Shown piece after piece: positions 14,095 through 28,201 of a DNA stretch of 64,000 nucleotides. The notes beneath the pieces are model-generated. The model saw nothing but the letters and a program-made list of their open reading frames with translations. It made no database searches and was not told the origin of the DNA. Source of the DNA: Octopus vulgaris (taxonomy: Eukaryota). The stretch lies in assembly GCA_951406725.2 (NCBI GenBank), contig OX597820.1:3472001-3536000 (forward strand), in the 5' to 3' direction. Position numbers and translations under genes: made by a program. How positions within the stretch are numbered: position 1 is the first letter of the stretch; each line of letters begins with the position of its first letter.

Positions 14095-14321
14095 GATTTT
14101 ACACTAAGCATGTTTTTATATCAGCGATGGTGTGAGCACCGTTTAATGTTTCGAGGAATCGTAAACACGACTTATTTAGAACTCGATGCAAATGCTATAA
14201 AAGAAATATGGGTTCCAGACTTGTATTTCCCAAATGAAAAACGTTCAAATTTCCATGAAGTCACAATGGCAAATAGGATGCTGCGAATAAACGAAGAGGG
14301 AAATACGCTTTTCTCGATGAG
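14095..14321 (+). CDS. Cys-loop anion channel subunit, exon with loops D, A, E
   Basis: ttgcag acceptor and ag|gtac donor; DFTLSMFLYQRWCEHRL...IWVPDLYFPNEKRSNFHEVTMANRMLRINEEGNTLFSMR, containing the WxPD motif. Confidence 0.95.
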
Positions 14322-14726
14322 GTACAAATCGCTTGCTTTATTTGTCTTTATTCTATGCAAAATACTTGTTGTACTGCATTGCGCATAACATTTTATCAAA
14401 ATCAATCCGATCCACGAAACTAATCGTAAAATGCCGATGTATAGAACTATTTATAGTGTGTATATATACAAGAAAATCGAAACTAGGTGTAATAGTTTTA
14501 ACAGAAACTTATAAAAGAGGTCTGTGTTTTGAGCAAAGCCCTATGTTTTTGACACAAAATATTATAGCTAGTACTATTCCATGTGACAAATGTTATATGC
14601 AACGGTATTTTAATCTGTCTGTTTCAAGTGTGTATATTAATTTAATTCTAGTTTCACAAGCCTTCACCCAAATCATTAAATGTTTTGTTAACTAATTTCT
14701 ATAACGGAGCAATCATTTTCAGCTTA

Positions 14727-14811
14727 GCTCAGAATATCCAAGAGTAGTCGCCACTGAGAAGACCGAATCGATCGAAACGCCTGTGTCTGGTGATCTCCTA
14801 ATCTTCTGAGC
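14727..14811 (+). ncRNA. Type I hammerhead-ribozyme-like motif (core variant)
   Basis: TCGCCA-CTGAGAA-GACCGaatCGATC-GAAAC-gcctgt-GTC-TGGTGA with distal helix GCTCAGAA/TTCTGAGC; G8 is replaced by A. Confidence 0.6.
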
Positions 14812-15394
14812 AAAGCCCCGTGTTATGATATTAAGTCTCTTTGAGATGTTTCTCTGAGATAATATGTCACAGCTGGTGCCGTTCCACGATTGTATTTACA
14901 TTATAAATGTCATAAACACTTGTATTTCTATCTAAGGGTGTCCAAGTTTAATTGCTCGTAAATTTAATTGCTCGTAAAATGAATTGTTTGTAAAATGTGT
15001 TTTCTAGGAAATAAATATCAGAAAATTCATAAATGAAAAATGAATCCAATTTTCAAGATAAAGTAATTTTTAAAAGCCGTTTACTGATACTTAAGCAAAC
15101 TAATCATCTAATTCTTTTCTAGGATCACATGGTACAGATCACGTGTCAGATTTATGCAAATGTTTTATTTAAAATTCCAGAGACACAAAAATAACGAAGT
15201 AATTCGACCAAATGTTTTTGTAATTATATCGTATGTTAAAAGTTACATAACAAAACGCAATCAACATTGTTAATTAGTTAATTTAGCAATTTAGTTAGCA
15301 TAGTAAATTAGACAGGCTTTAGACGACCCAAGTGTATTTAACTGACATACCGTCGAGGGAACGGTTAAGGTCAGTGAGAATTCCGAAAATTTCT

Positions 15395-17228
15395 CTGTGT
15401 GTGCATGTGTATATGTGTGTGTGTATATATATGTGTATGTATGTGTGTGCTTATGTGTGTGAATGTGTATGTATGTGTATGTATGTATGTATATATGTAT
15501 GCATGTATGTATGCCTGTATGTATGTACGTACGTATGTATGTATGTATGTGTATGTATGTATATATGTATGTGTGTATGTATGTGTGTGTATGTATGTAT
15601 GTATGTATGTGTGTATGTATGTATGTATGTATGTATGTGTGTATGTATGTATGTATGTGTGTATGTATGTGTATGTATGTATGTATGTGTGTATGTATGT
15701 GTGTGTATGTATGTATGTGTGTGTATGTATGTGTGTATGTATGTGTGTGTATGTATGTATGTATGTATGTGTGTATGTATGTGTGTGTGTGTATGTGTGT
15801 GTGTGTATGTGTGTGTATGTGTGTGTATGTATGTATGTATGTATGTGTGTGTATGTATGTGTGTGCATGTATGTATGTGTGTGTATGTATGTATGTATGT
15901 ATGTATGTATGTATGTATGTATGCATGTATGTATGTATGTATGTATGTATGCATGTATGTGTGTATGTATGTATGTATGTATGCATGTATGTATGTGTGT
16001 ATGTATGTATGTATGTATGTATGTATGTATGTATGTATGTATGTATGTATGTATGTATGTATGTATGTATGTATGTATGTATGTATGTATGTATATATGT
16101 ATGTATGTATATGTATGAATGTATGTATGTGTATGTATGTGTGTATGTATGTATGTATGTATGTATGTATGTATGTATGTGTGTGTATGTATGTATGTAT
16201 GTATGCATGTATGTATGTGTGTATGTATGTATGCATGTATGTATGTATGCATGTATGTATGCATGTATGTGTGTGTATGTATGTATGTATGTATGTATGT
16301 GTGTGTATGTATGTGTGTATGTATGTGTATGTGTATGTATGTATGTATGTATGTATGTATGTATGTATGTGTGTATGTATGTGTATGTGTGTATGTATGT
16401 ATGTATGTGTATGTATGTATGTATGTATGTATGTATGTATGTATGTATGTATGTATGTATGCATGTATGTATGTGTGTATGTATGTATGTATGTATGTAT
16501 GTATGCATGTATGTATGCATGTATGTATGTATGTATGTATGTATGCATGTATGTATGCATGTATGTATGTGTGTATGTATGTATGTATGTATGTATGTAT
16601 GTATGTATGTATGTATGTATGTGTGTATGTATGTATGTATGTATGTATGTATGCATGTATGTATGTATGTATGTGTGTATGTATGTATGTATGTATGTAT
16701 GTATGTATGTATGTATGTATGCATGTATGTATGTGTGTATGTATGTATGTATGTATGTATGTATGTATGCATGTATGTATGTGTGTATGTATGTATGTAT
16801 GTATGTATGTATGTATGTATGTATGTATGTATGCATGTATGTATGCATGTATGTATGTATGTATGTATGTATGCATGTATGTATGTATGTATGTATGTAT
16901 GTATGTATGTATGTATGTATGTATGTATGTATGCATGTATGTATGTGTGTGTATGTATGTATGTATGTATGTATGTATGTATGTATGTATGTATGTGTGT
17001 GTATGTATGTATGTATGTGTGTATGTATGTATGTATGTATGTATGTATGTATGTATGTATGTATGTATGTATGTATGTATGTATGTATGCATGTATGTAT
17101 GCATGTATGTATGTGTGTGTGTATGTATGTATGCATGTATGTATGTATGTATGCATGTATGTATGTATGTATGTATGTATGTATGCATGTATGTATGCAT
17201 GTATGTATGTGTGTATGTATGCATGCAT
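15395..17228. repeat. ~1.8-kb (ATGT)n/(GT)n microsatellite array
   Basis: Direct reading. Confidence 0.98.
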
Positions 17229-18016
17229 CAGAGGCGATTCCAGGTCATCAGTGTCACATAGACTCATCTCAAATTTCGCATAAGACACATGCTTACTCGA
17301 AGAATTTCACATTTTCCCGCATTATTTCTTGCCTCAAATGGCTTTTTTTTTATACCTTTCACTATGTCTTTCTCCATTTCTAAGTTAAGGGTTAAAATAA
17401 AGAAACCCTGCAAAGCACAACTGATCTTTGCACACAGAAGCACAGAATGACAGCAACCAAATGACGACAGCTGAGCGCACAACCAGCATCAGCGATCCGA
17501 CTGTCACCTGTAACTCTTGACATGAGATACCAGTTAGTCTTTTACACCTACCTGGCTCGTTCGTATTAACCCGATTTGCTGGATAAATTTTCGCTTCTTT
17601 AAGAATATTGTAGATCGAAAATTTTTCATAGATTGGAATTTAAATCTTGATCTCTATAGAAAGTTAGTGTTTCTAGAAAACGCTAAATTTGAATTACTTT
17701 TAATTTTTACGATTATAGATAACAGCTCGGGCTGTAACTTCTGAGCCCGAGTCAGGCGTGTGTGAACGATGTCGAAAGACCGTCTGCTCCGAATGATATT
17801 TTTCGACGCTGGGTACCTCTAAGACGACCACCAGTCGCTGGACGAGAATAAATGGACTGCGACCAGGCTCAATAAAAGGAGCCAGAGTTATTGGTCGCAA
17901 TTACATACTTGAAGTCACAACGTTGGCTGAAATGAAATCAGATTGCAAATACACGTTCACTTTACTAAAGTTATACTCGAACAGCCCGAGTGCCGGAGTC
18001 ACCACTGGTATGCATG

Positions 18017-18071
<55 letters not shown>

Positions 18072-18599
18072 AAGATGAAGGACCAAAGAAACAAGACCAA
18101 AAGGGTTTAAATATTTTATTGGGCATGCAGTGATCACGTGTCTCGTGGCTACGTCGGAAGGGGCCGTACGGTGGACGAAACTGAAGGGATTAAAGAAAGA
18201 CGCCTTCCTCTTCAGTCAAGCCCTCTTCATCATTTTAAAGCAAAGTGAGGATGGAGGGAGAAGTGTTCTCTTCCCCCCTTGAGCTTCTAAAATGGACTTA
18301 CTCTAAGAATGCGCCTGTAGAGTGGAGAACAGCATTTAGGAGAGGAAGGCTTGTCCTTTGGGGATCAGGGTGGTTCTGGATCCGTAGAGTTCCTTGATTG
18401 GCTCTTGTTGGAGGGGTGATCCCCCCCCCCCACCAGGAGGACTGCATCACAGATATGCGTTTATATGTTTGGTACGCTATGGACACCTTTTACCGCATCT
18501 CCCCCTCCTCTCCCTTTCACCACCTTATCTTTTACGGAAATCCCTGCACAAATTGAAAACTGTCCCTCTCGCCTGATGCCCCACCGGCAAATAACATAA

Positions 18600-18830
18600 A
18601 TCATCATCATCGCATCATCATCGTCATCATCATCATCATTGTCATCATCTACATCGTCATCGTCATCATCACCTTCATCATCATCAACATCATCATCGTC
18701 ACCGTCGTCATCATCGTCTTCATGATCATCATCATCATCATCTTCTTATTTTTCGTCATAGTCATCTCCTTCATCGTCATCGTCATCGTCATCATCATCA
18801 TCATCATCATCATCATCGTCATCGTCGTCG

Positions 18831-18864
<34 letters not shown>

Positions 18865-19025
18865 TGTCATCATCTACATCGTCATCGTCATCATCACCTT
18901 CATCATCATCAACATCATCATCGTTACCGTCGTCATCATCGTCTTCATGATCGTCATCATCATCATCATCATCATCATCACCTTCATCGTCATCGTCATC
19001 GTCATCATCATCATCATCGTCATCG
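18600..19025. repeat. (CAT)n/(CGT)n low-complexity tract with a ~90-bp internal duplication
   Basis: 18637-18728 is repeated at 18862-18952. Confidence 0.9.
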
Positions 19026-19268
19026 ATTATTATTTCAAATTCTGCCGAGTCGACTTTGCCTTTCATCCTTTCGGAGTTGATAAATTAAGTACCAGTTGCG
19101 TACTGGGGTTGATGTAATCGACTAGTCCACTGCCCCCAAAATTTCGGGCCTTGTGCCTAGAGCAGAAAAGAATGAAAATCTACACAAACCGACGCTGTCA
19201 CTTTCTACATTTATATCCTTATATCTTTCATTATCTGCGACGGCTTCTTGCATCCCTGTCTGTCCATT

Positions 19269-19354
<86 letters not shown>

Positions 19355-19772
19355 TGTCTTTCTTTTCATGTGTGTCTCTCTCACGTTCAATCTCATTCTC
19401 TCCACTACTTCAGTTCGAGATTGAAAAAAGAAAAAAAAAGGAAAAAAAGAGATGAGAGACAGAGAAAGATGAAGAAAGAGGAGGAGAGCATTCCCTTGTT
19501 GTCATCTTCTTCTTTATACAACTAAACTGCCTTGTACTTCTGATCCTACTCACCAATAAAAACTGTACGCCATATTCTTCATTTTGATGTTCACTGTGAC
19601 TCTGTCTCATCGCCTTCGAGCAATTTAATCGTAACAATAGCCTGTGCGAAGAATTCCTAGCAGGAAAGATCCTACATGTTTTTCCTACATGTACAATTTT
19701 ATAACTCCTATCTGGAAACACTCATAAGGGTGAACAAATAATACCAAAAATTGATTCCAGTTTCCTGTTTGG

Positions 19773-19809
<37 letters not shown>

Positions 19810-19849
19810 TGTGTGTGTGTGTGCGTATGTGGAGAGAAAAAGAGAGAGA

Positions 19850-20280
<431 letters not shown>

Positions 20281-20378
20281 GCATATATATATTTATTGTA
20301 TATAACTGGCTTATTCTTAATATGCCTTGAATTATTTAACGAATACATTATTTACTTTCTCCTTCATCTTTTTTTCAG

Positions 20379-20461
20379 AATCACGATGACATTAACCTGT
20401 AAAATGAACCTTCGAAATTTCCCATTCGACAAACAAGTTTGTTCAATGCAGGTAGCCAGCT
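20379..20461 (+). CDS. Cys-loop anion channel subunit, 83-bp Cys-loop exon
   Basis: tttttcag acceptor and t|gtaagt donor; ITMTLTCKMNLRNFPFDKQVCSMQVAS with the C-x13-C signature; 83 bp conserved size. Confidence 0.97.
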
Positions 20462-21058
20462 GTAAGTATGGAAGATAGATAACATAGATCTACTTTCTAG
20501 AAAAGGGAGACCTTTTTTCTTTTGCTTCCAGAAGGTATGAATTGCTTCAGCCAAAAATTAAGATTTCATCTGTTTCAACAAACCTTACATTTGCAAATGT
20601 TGCGAACTGGAACGAGCATTGTATGATATTTTAATACCAAATATTCTTGAATTTAGATTTAAGATATTCAAGGCAATGAATATCAACAATCTAATTAGAA
20701 ATATTTATGCAATAGCGAAGAGATAACGTTTGCCCAATGGCTGATATTATTCTAATCAATTCAACTGATACAAGAGACTACTTCGGACATGTTTTGGCAC
20801 AAAGCGAGCCTTTTAAGAGGAAAGAGGAAGTTGTTAAAGATGGTGAGCAATTTCATCCATTTAGATTACCTGCAGATATAATTAACAATTGCACATTCAG
20901 TTTTCGCAGTCATTGTAACTTCTTTTAATACCTAACATTAAATGGGAGTGGAGTGGAATGATGCACAATCAAGAATGAGACTAATCTTTAAACGGGATCC
21001 AACCAGGGATCCTCAGCACATCGTGAGCTATATACAACATTCCTCACTTTACCGTTAA

Positions 21059-21333
21059 CCCGTGGGTTCATCTTACATAAAACACAGTTGTTCTCCGTAC
21101 AGGGGTCTTATCAAAGGGGTAGGTTCTACAGATCAGGGATTTTATGCTACCCCTGGCAGTGAACTAGCATACCTTTTCTGTTTTTAGAAAAGCATTAAGT
21201 AAGACTAATCTACGGATTAAAGTAGTACAGAGGCCTGGTGCCCCTATAAAGTCCTTGATCTGTAGAACCTATTCCGTTGATAAGTTCCCCTGTACGGAGA
21301 ACATTTGTGTTGTATGTAGGATGAGCCCACGGG
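21059..21333. mobile_element. 275-bp MITE with ~90-bp TIRs, piggyBac-type ends
   Basis: TTAA|CCCGTGGG...CCCACGGG|TTAA; arms include TTCTCCGTACAGGGG/CCCCTGTACGGAGAA and AGGTTCTACAGATCA/TGATCTGTAGAACCT. Confidence 0.85.
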
Positions 21334-21803
21334 TTAACTACTAGGAATCCATTTATGGGTTAACCAACATATGAGCGACGGGACGGAGAAATACTTGGGT
21401 TGGTATCCGAGGGCGTAGCAAGCCGACTCTGAGTGATGAAGCCCTTGTCCTTGTTATGGCATCCCTGTAGTAGAAAGGTGACCCGTATATAAAACCCGCT
21501 GCTCTACTGAACCGGATATCCTGCATTTTGCTTGTCTCTGGGCCTCTTGCTATTGCTAGTGAGAGTCGTTGCGGTGTTGCGCAAGCTGCACTCGACATCT
21601 AATCCTTGCAGGGGCATAAACGACACTTACCTATCTGCAACTGCCGTGATCGTGTAACCAGTGGACTGCCATCATGTATGTCTGTCTTTGTTCGGTTTTA
21701 TTTCAAGGTTTCTCGCCAATAGAAAAAAAAGCCGGTTTCTAACCTTGATCCAAGGCTCTTTCATTGGAATTTCAACATCATCAACAGGAAATTTTATACA
21801 TAC

Positions 21804-21834
<31 letters not shown>

Positions 21835-22106
21835 TGTATGTATGTATGTATGTATGTACATATGTATAGGATGTATGTATGTATGTATGTATGTATGTGC
21901 AGATTTGTATGTTCTATGCATGTATTCTCATGCACATAGTTGCATATCTAGACATGCTCATATATATTTAAATGCTAAACTTTTGTAAAGTTTTACAGAC
22001 TTTTACAGTTCCAGTGATGAATTGGGTCTGTAGTCTTCCAATCAGCTTTCTCCTTTCTGGTTTTGAGAAGCCTAATTTCCCAAGATTGGTACTTAAGCAT
22101 GTGTGT

Positions 22107-22204
<98 letters not shown>

Positions 22205-22492
22205 GTGTGTGCCTTTGTTAAAGTACGTCTGTAGGAGAAAGTCACTCAGATATAAAATCGGATTTGAAAGGAATCGCATTGAATACTTTGCGTACCTTTT
22301 ACTCCCGTTAGACATCTTGGCGCTCCTATATTCCTCATCCTGTGACCCATATTGGCATTGGCACTAAATATTTTGCCCTAGATTGTTTCTGGATCATGTG
22401 AATAGGGTGGATCTGCTGTGTGTGTGTTTAGTGACACGCACACATAAATACCTGCAGTGAACCAACAGTCTTCTCTGCGTTGTGGATTTAGA

Positions 22493-22661
<169 letters not shown>

Positions 22662-23229
22662 TTTTAGTGATATCGCTCATAAATAGTAATAAAACAATGG
22701 CTGTCTGTCATTTTTTTCCCACAATAAACCGGATTAAATAAAGACGAGACCTTTCTTTATTCTACGATACAAGGAAAACTGACATTTCCTCACCAGTTTG
22801 AAGAATTAACATCACTCGTACATGTGGCCACCATGTAAACTTTATGGTCTGTGTTTTACCGCAACAATAACATTAATGTGTAAACTTTACCGAACCGCCA
22901 AATATCTGGGGATCGTCTGATCAGGAGATCGTCTGCCACTGTGTTAGATTAATTGTCGACGTTGCTTCATTATAAATTCAAACTGGTAAAGAGACCTTTT
23001 GATTCTTGGCCAATTTACTCTGACGCTGGGCACCATTCCTTTGGATGCTACAGTTGGCTCCGTAACAAGAACGATAGAGACAACAACAACAACAAAATTA
23101 GCAAACAATATCATATTCTTCAATGCATGTGTGTGTGTACGTGTACATACATGCTTGTATGCAAACACGCACAAACACACACACATATGCATATATGCAT
23201 GTATGTATGTATACATATATATATATATG

Positions 23230-23289
<60 letters not shown>

Positions 23290-23311
23290 CATATATATGT
23301 ACATTTATGTA

Positions 23312-23361
<50 letters not shown>

Positions 23362-24093
23362 TATATAGCAGCATGCACGCATACATGTATAAATGTGTGT
23401 GTATGTGTGTATGTGCGTGGTGGTGGTGGTGGTAGTAGAGGGGTGGGGGTCTGTTCATTTTTCTTTTTAATTATTCATTGTTTAATTATCGGTCCGATCG
23501 CAATTCCTTTCATCATTTGCAATGAATCAGATAATCGAGGGTCTCTCGTAAACAAAAGGCGATTGTTTGAATACTCGCTTATGTAAAACACTTCAATGAC
23601 GAGATGAGTTGATGTGAAGGATTACAAGGATTGGATTTGATAGAATCTGTAGAAATGCCTTCAAATACCCTCGTTGTATTTGTGTATGTCGTCCAGCACG
23701 ATGATATTTCAGAATTTGAAGTTGTTCGTGAGTATGGGAGTGTGTGTTTGTGTGTGTGTATTTTATTTCATTTTTACCCTTCCTTCATTATATTATAACG
23801 ATAACGACAGATTCCTCTGGTGTAAAAAATCTGTTAGCTATTGAAAGGAGGTGGTAAAAGTGTGTGCAATAGAGAGATAGCGAGAAAAGAGAGAGGGATT
23901 CAAATGAGTGCAAATGGCAAATGAACGCGTACGTACAGACGTGCAAAGACGGCAATTACCAATGTGTGTGTGTGTTTGTTTGTTTGCAAGGTAGTGGAGG
24001 TATGTGTATATGTACGCATGCCATTACCGTTCGTATGTATGTTAGTGTTTATGTGTGTCCATGTACCTGTAGCATTCGTTTGACTCTCTTCCT

Positions 24094-24124
<31 letters not shown>

Positions 24125-25130
24125 CCTTCTCTCTCTCCCCTTCCTTCACTCTTTTCTTTCTCACCATCTTTATCTGTCTGTCTCCTCTCTCTCCTCTCTC
24201 TCTCCCTTCTCTCTCTCACTCCATTTTCTCTCTCTCTCTCCCTTCTCTCTCTCTCTTCTTTCTCTCCTCTGTCTGTCTTTCTCTCATTCTCTCTCTCTCT
24301 CTCTCACACACACCCACACGCTCTATTTACCTGAAGGGTTTACCTAATGATTTAACGCATGTGTCTTATGGCAAGTCATTGCCGTGAATATTGACCATCT
24401 GCATATTAATAAATGTGTTCCTAACTTCATTTGTAAAAGATGCATATCAGCGTTTCTTGTCACGGAGTTTTGCCAACGGTTTTCGTATCAATAACTGTGT
24501 TCTTCGCTTTCTTCATTGAAGACCTGTAATGATATATCTGGGATGTGTGTGCTGTCAATTATGTAATATCACGCGCTTCTTAAATTATTCTGCTTCTATA
24601 ACTGAGTTTGGTGTGTTAAAGCGGACAATAATTGTAGAGTACGACCGAGAGGGGCAGAAAAGATAGAGAGGAAAATTGGGGAAAGGGTGAAGAGAAGAGA
24701 AAAGATGAAAATTGGGAATGAAGACAGAAGAATGGGGAATGACGAGAAGTAAAAAGTCAAGAGGACAGGAATGAAATATATGCGAAAAAAGGAAGTCGAA
24801 AGTGTTGTATGTCAAATGAGAAAGTTGAAACTAATAGGGAAACGAAAGGAATTGTCGGTCAAGAAAGTAAAATACGAGGGAAGAAGAAGATAAGCCAAAA
24901 TGTTTTGTACAAACCAGAATGAGAAAACAGGCTGCAAAAAAAAACATGACAGGAGAGAATAGACAAGATCTTCTGGGTATTAATCAAAGGTTTCTGAAGG
25001 AAATGGCAGGATATTATTATCGAGTGGGGAAATGTTTAGGGTTGATAATGTGTCACAAAATGGGCTGTGGGGTTTACTTGGGTGAATCTGTTTTATTTAC
25101 TTTTAAATCAAACATCGATTGCTTAAATGA

Positions 25131-27820
25131 CACTGTACAACAGTGATTTTACTACAGAGAAGAGAACACCATTTTCTGGAACAGTTTTTACCATTCATAA
25201 CGAAAATGAACTCCGTTTTTTTCATAAAATGACTTCAGTGTTCCGTAAAATGGCCCGTCACTAAATTATGTTTTTACTAGAAAGTGGGCCGTTTTCTGTG
25301 AAAATACCCCCCCCCCCCTAGAATTAAAGCGAGTTTTCTGTTGTTAATAGTAAATACGTTATTTGTGTCTTTTATTAAAGGAAGAACATCTATTTTCTAT
25401 GTATAGCATCAGGTCTTTCTCTCTGGAGAAACCAGCAAAAGTCAGCAAGCATGGAGGGACTCCACTTCCCCTTATATCGAGTTTCCATTTGACTTATGTC
25501 TTGGTGGAATCTCTCACCATGTTCGTCGCTGACGTCTGCTGCGTTCTGAGGAAATAAAGCTCGATGAGAATGCAAATCGTGAACTTTTGATGACACTCTA
25601 ATGATTTGTACGAATCAATCAACTTTTCTATAAGTCCTTCACGCTTGGCTGCTCTGTGTTTCCCAGGCAGACCATTGCATACGTTTCTGAAACTTTGCCA
25701 CGCATTCAGTTCCAAGACATTTAAGGTGATTTCAAAATTATCGTCTGTCAAAAGTTGCCAAATATGGGGACCGATAAACACCCCTTCTTTGATTTTCGCA
25801 TGGCTTAGTTTTGGAAACTTAGTTCTCGAGTACAAAAATGGTGGTTCTTCTGGATTTAACTTCTTAACAAACTGTTTGATAAAATCTAATTTAATATGCA
25901 ATGGAGGCAAAATTATTTTCTCTTTAGTAACTTGTGGTTCGCGTATAACGTTTTATGAACCTATTTCTGATTTATTTATCAATGGCCATTCACTGCGGAT
26001 GTAATGCTCTTCCCGAGCATGGCTGCCCCATTGACACAAAAAGTTCATGTATTTAGTAAACCCAGCCTGTAAGCTAATTACAATCGCTACAATTTTCAAG
26101 TCCGCACAAATCAGCCATTTATGCTTATCTTATACAACCTAATATGAATGGTAAATTTTCGTACGTTTCCTTTAGAACAACAGAATGAGCTGCAGGAATT
26201 GACGGAAGTTTCTTACCTATTTGCAATAGCACGGCTTTAGTGCCATAACCCGAAGCGTCTATGAATAGCCTCCACTCACTAGGGTCGTCATTTAAGCCAA
26301 GCTCTTCAAAGAGTCCTGGTGTGTCGTTACAATAACACCAGCTGCCATTCATTTCAAATGTTTCTATTAAACCATCTGCACGGTTTCGAAATTTTCTAAT
26401 GCTGACATCTTGAGTTACCAAGTTTCTTTCTTTTAACCTAGAAACCAATAATTCGCTCCGCATTTTCGTTCAACCCAAATCCTGAACAACATCGTTTAAC
26501 TCATCCTGTGCTAGGGATCTCGACCAAGACTGTTCTGATGCAGACACATACAACTCATCTTGTTCGCAATTCTCTTCTGATTCACAAATATCGGATAAAG
26601 CCATTTTTTGCGGGCACGCTGGCCGGATGAGGTACAGACAGAATGGCGGATTTCAGATTTGGATACACCGCCGACGACGACGCACTCTTCGTTGTTATAC
26701 TTGTTAAGAAAATAAATTGTATTAAAGCATTTCCTATATTTAATGTCACTTCACTTTGATCACTTTGACCGACCAGTCCGTCAGGCGTCCATTTGACACC
26801 GCTGGTCACAGCACGCTGTCCACTACTCTCTGGATCGCGCCTTTCTCATCCACGTGATCCCAATCGTCCTCCTGAAATCGTCACTCCACCGTCGTGGAGG
26901 TCTTCCAAGTGGTCTTTTCCGCTCACGCGGGTACCACTCGACGACTGCGTGCGTCCACCGATTATCGGTGAGCCGGGCGACGTGTCCAGCCCATCTATAC
27001 TTGCTGCGAGTATACTCTGCGATGACATCTCTCACGCCGGACTTCTTTCTGATGGTCTTGCTACTTATGTGCTCTCTCAACGAGATACCAAGCATTGACC
27101 TTTCCATGGCTCTTTGAGCCGTTATCAGTCTTTGCTCTTCTCTCTTTGTGGTAGCCCATGTTTCACTACCATATAACATTGTATCGAATAAAAATAGATA
27201 TATTGATATAAATATATGCTAGGTTTAGTGCAAATAAAAACACAATTACCGTTAACATCTACAAGACAGAAGTAGCGGTCAGAATGGTGGTCTTGTGGTT
27301 CACGTGAAATCATTGGAATGCCAAACTGCATACTTCTTGATTTTCCCAAAGATTATTTTGAATGACCATTGGTACATGTTGTGCAACAGATATTTGGTGC
27401 CCAACTTTTATCTTGGTCTCCTATCTTGACTCCAAAATATAAGTAAAACTGTTTTCGTTTTTGTTTTTTTACCAACGGCGTAATGTTTCTTGCATTTTTT
27501 CTGGAATGTCACAGCAACACAGATATAACAAAATTTGTCTGGGTGATTTCTACACTGCCCTCTTGACATTTTAATGCAATTTTTATTCTAATTAAAAATC
27601 TAAATAATATTTATAGGTATTTTATAGTTTTTTTCTCCGAAAATCTGAAAAAAACAAAAAAACAACAACTTCAAATTACAAAAATACCCTAAAATTGAAA
27701 AGCCGAATTACCATAAACTAGAGTTATTCTATGAGAAACGGGTGCCATTTCCGTGATCTACGCATGAAACTACCCTAGAAAACGTTATTCTCATCTCTGT
27801 AGTCGAAATAATGTTCATTG
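25131..27820 (-). mobile_element. Chapaev3-like (CMC) DNA transposon with pseudogenised transposase
   Basis: Motifs CRNHPDKFCYIC, GDQDKSWAPNICC, REPQDHHSDRYFC, EWRLFIDAS, PPLHIKL, HSHR..F...VSDEHGERFHQDI; left end CACTGTACAAC..ACTACAGAGAAGAGAA, degenerate right TIR TTCTCATCTCTGTAGT; stops and frameshifts; family assignment from recalled motifs. Confidence 0.75.
26748..27182 (-). mobile_element. 5'-truncated RTE-clade LINE 3' end nested in the Chapaev-like element
   Basis: MLYGSETWA...RWAGHVAR...KRPLGRPPRRWSD; 3' tail of (TCAAAGTGA) repeats. Confidence 0.88.
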
Positions 27821-27967
27821 TAATTGGATCGTTATATTTGTCTATATTTTGTCCCAATGTTTCTTTAATATTTCTGTCTCAACGCTACGTATTCAATTCG
27901 CCCTTTGCCGTGTCTTAAGCCCTGAATACCTTGATAGGATCGTCGGGGCGCTGGTATAACATACGAA

Positions 27968-28201
27968 TAAGGCGGCGAGCTGGCAGAAACGTTAGCACGC
28001 CGGGTGAAATGCTTAGCGGTATTTCGTCTGCCGCTACGTTCTGAGTTCAAATTCCGCCGAGGTCGACTTTACCTTTCATCCTTTCGGGGTCGATAAATTA
28101 AGTACCAGTTACACACTGGGGTCGATATAATCGACTTAATCCGTGTGTCTGTCCTTGTTTGTCCCCTCTATGTTTAGCCCCTTGTGGGTAGTAAAGAAAC
28201 A
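27968..28201 (+). mobile_element. Young full-length SINE family A with 15-bp TSD
   Basis: TSD GGTATAACATACGAA at 27953-27967 and 28202-28216; intact A/B boxes. Confidence 0.93.

Noticed and set aside
17235-17285. Minus-strand GAAA...GTC...CTGATGA as a type II hammerhead
   Set aside because: Stems do not pair
9340-17383. ORFs of 500-680 aa (MYVC/HTYI repeats)
   Set aside because: Stop-free translations of (ATGT)n in all frames; no coding signal
17720-17992. Short-TIR element (CTCGGGCTGT/ACAGCCCGAG)
   Set aside because: Only ~10-bp match, no TSD, single copy in the window
18649-19117. Poly-Asp/poly-Met/poly-Ile ORFs
   Set aside because: (CAT)n microsatellite attached to a SINE fragment; no splice or homology support
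21355-21680. HDV-like ribozyme in a GC-richer, LINE-5'UTR-like segment (also considered 18300-18600 and 33900-34140)
   Set aside because: Could not build the nested double pseudoknot by eye; needs a descriptor search
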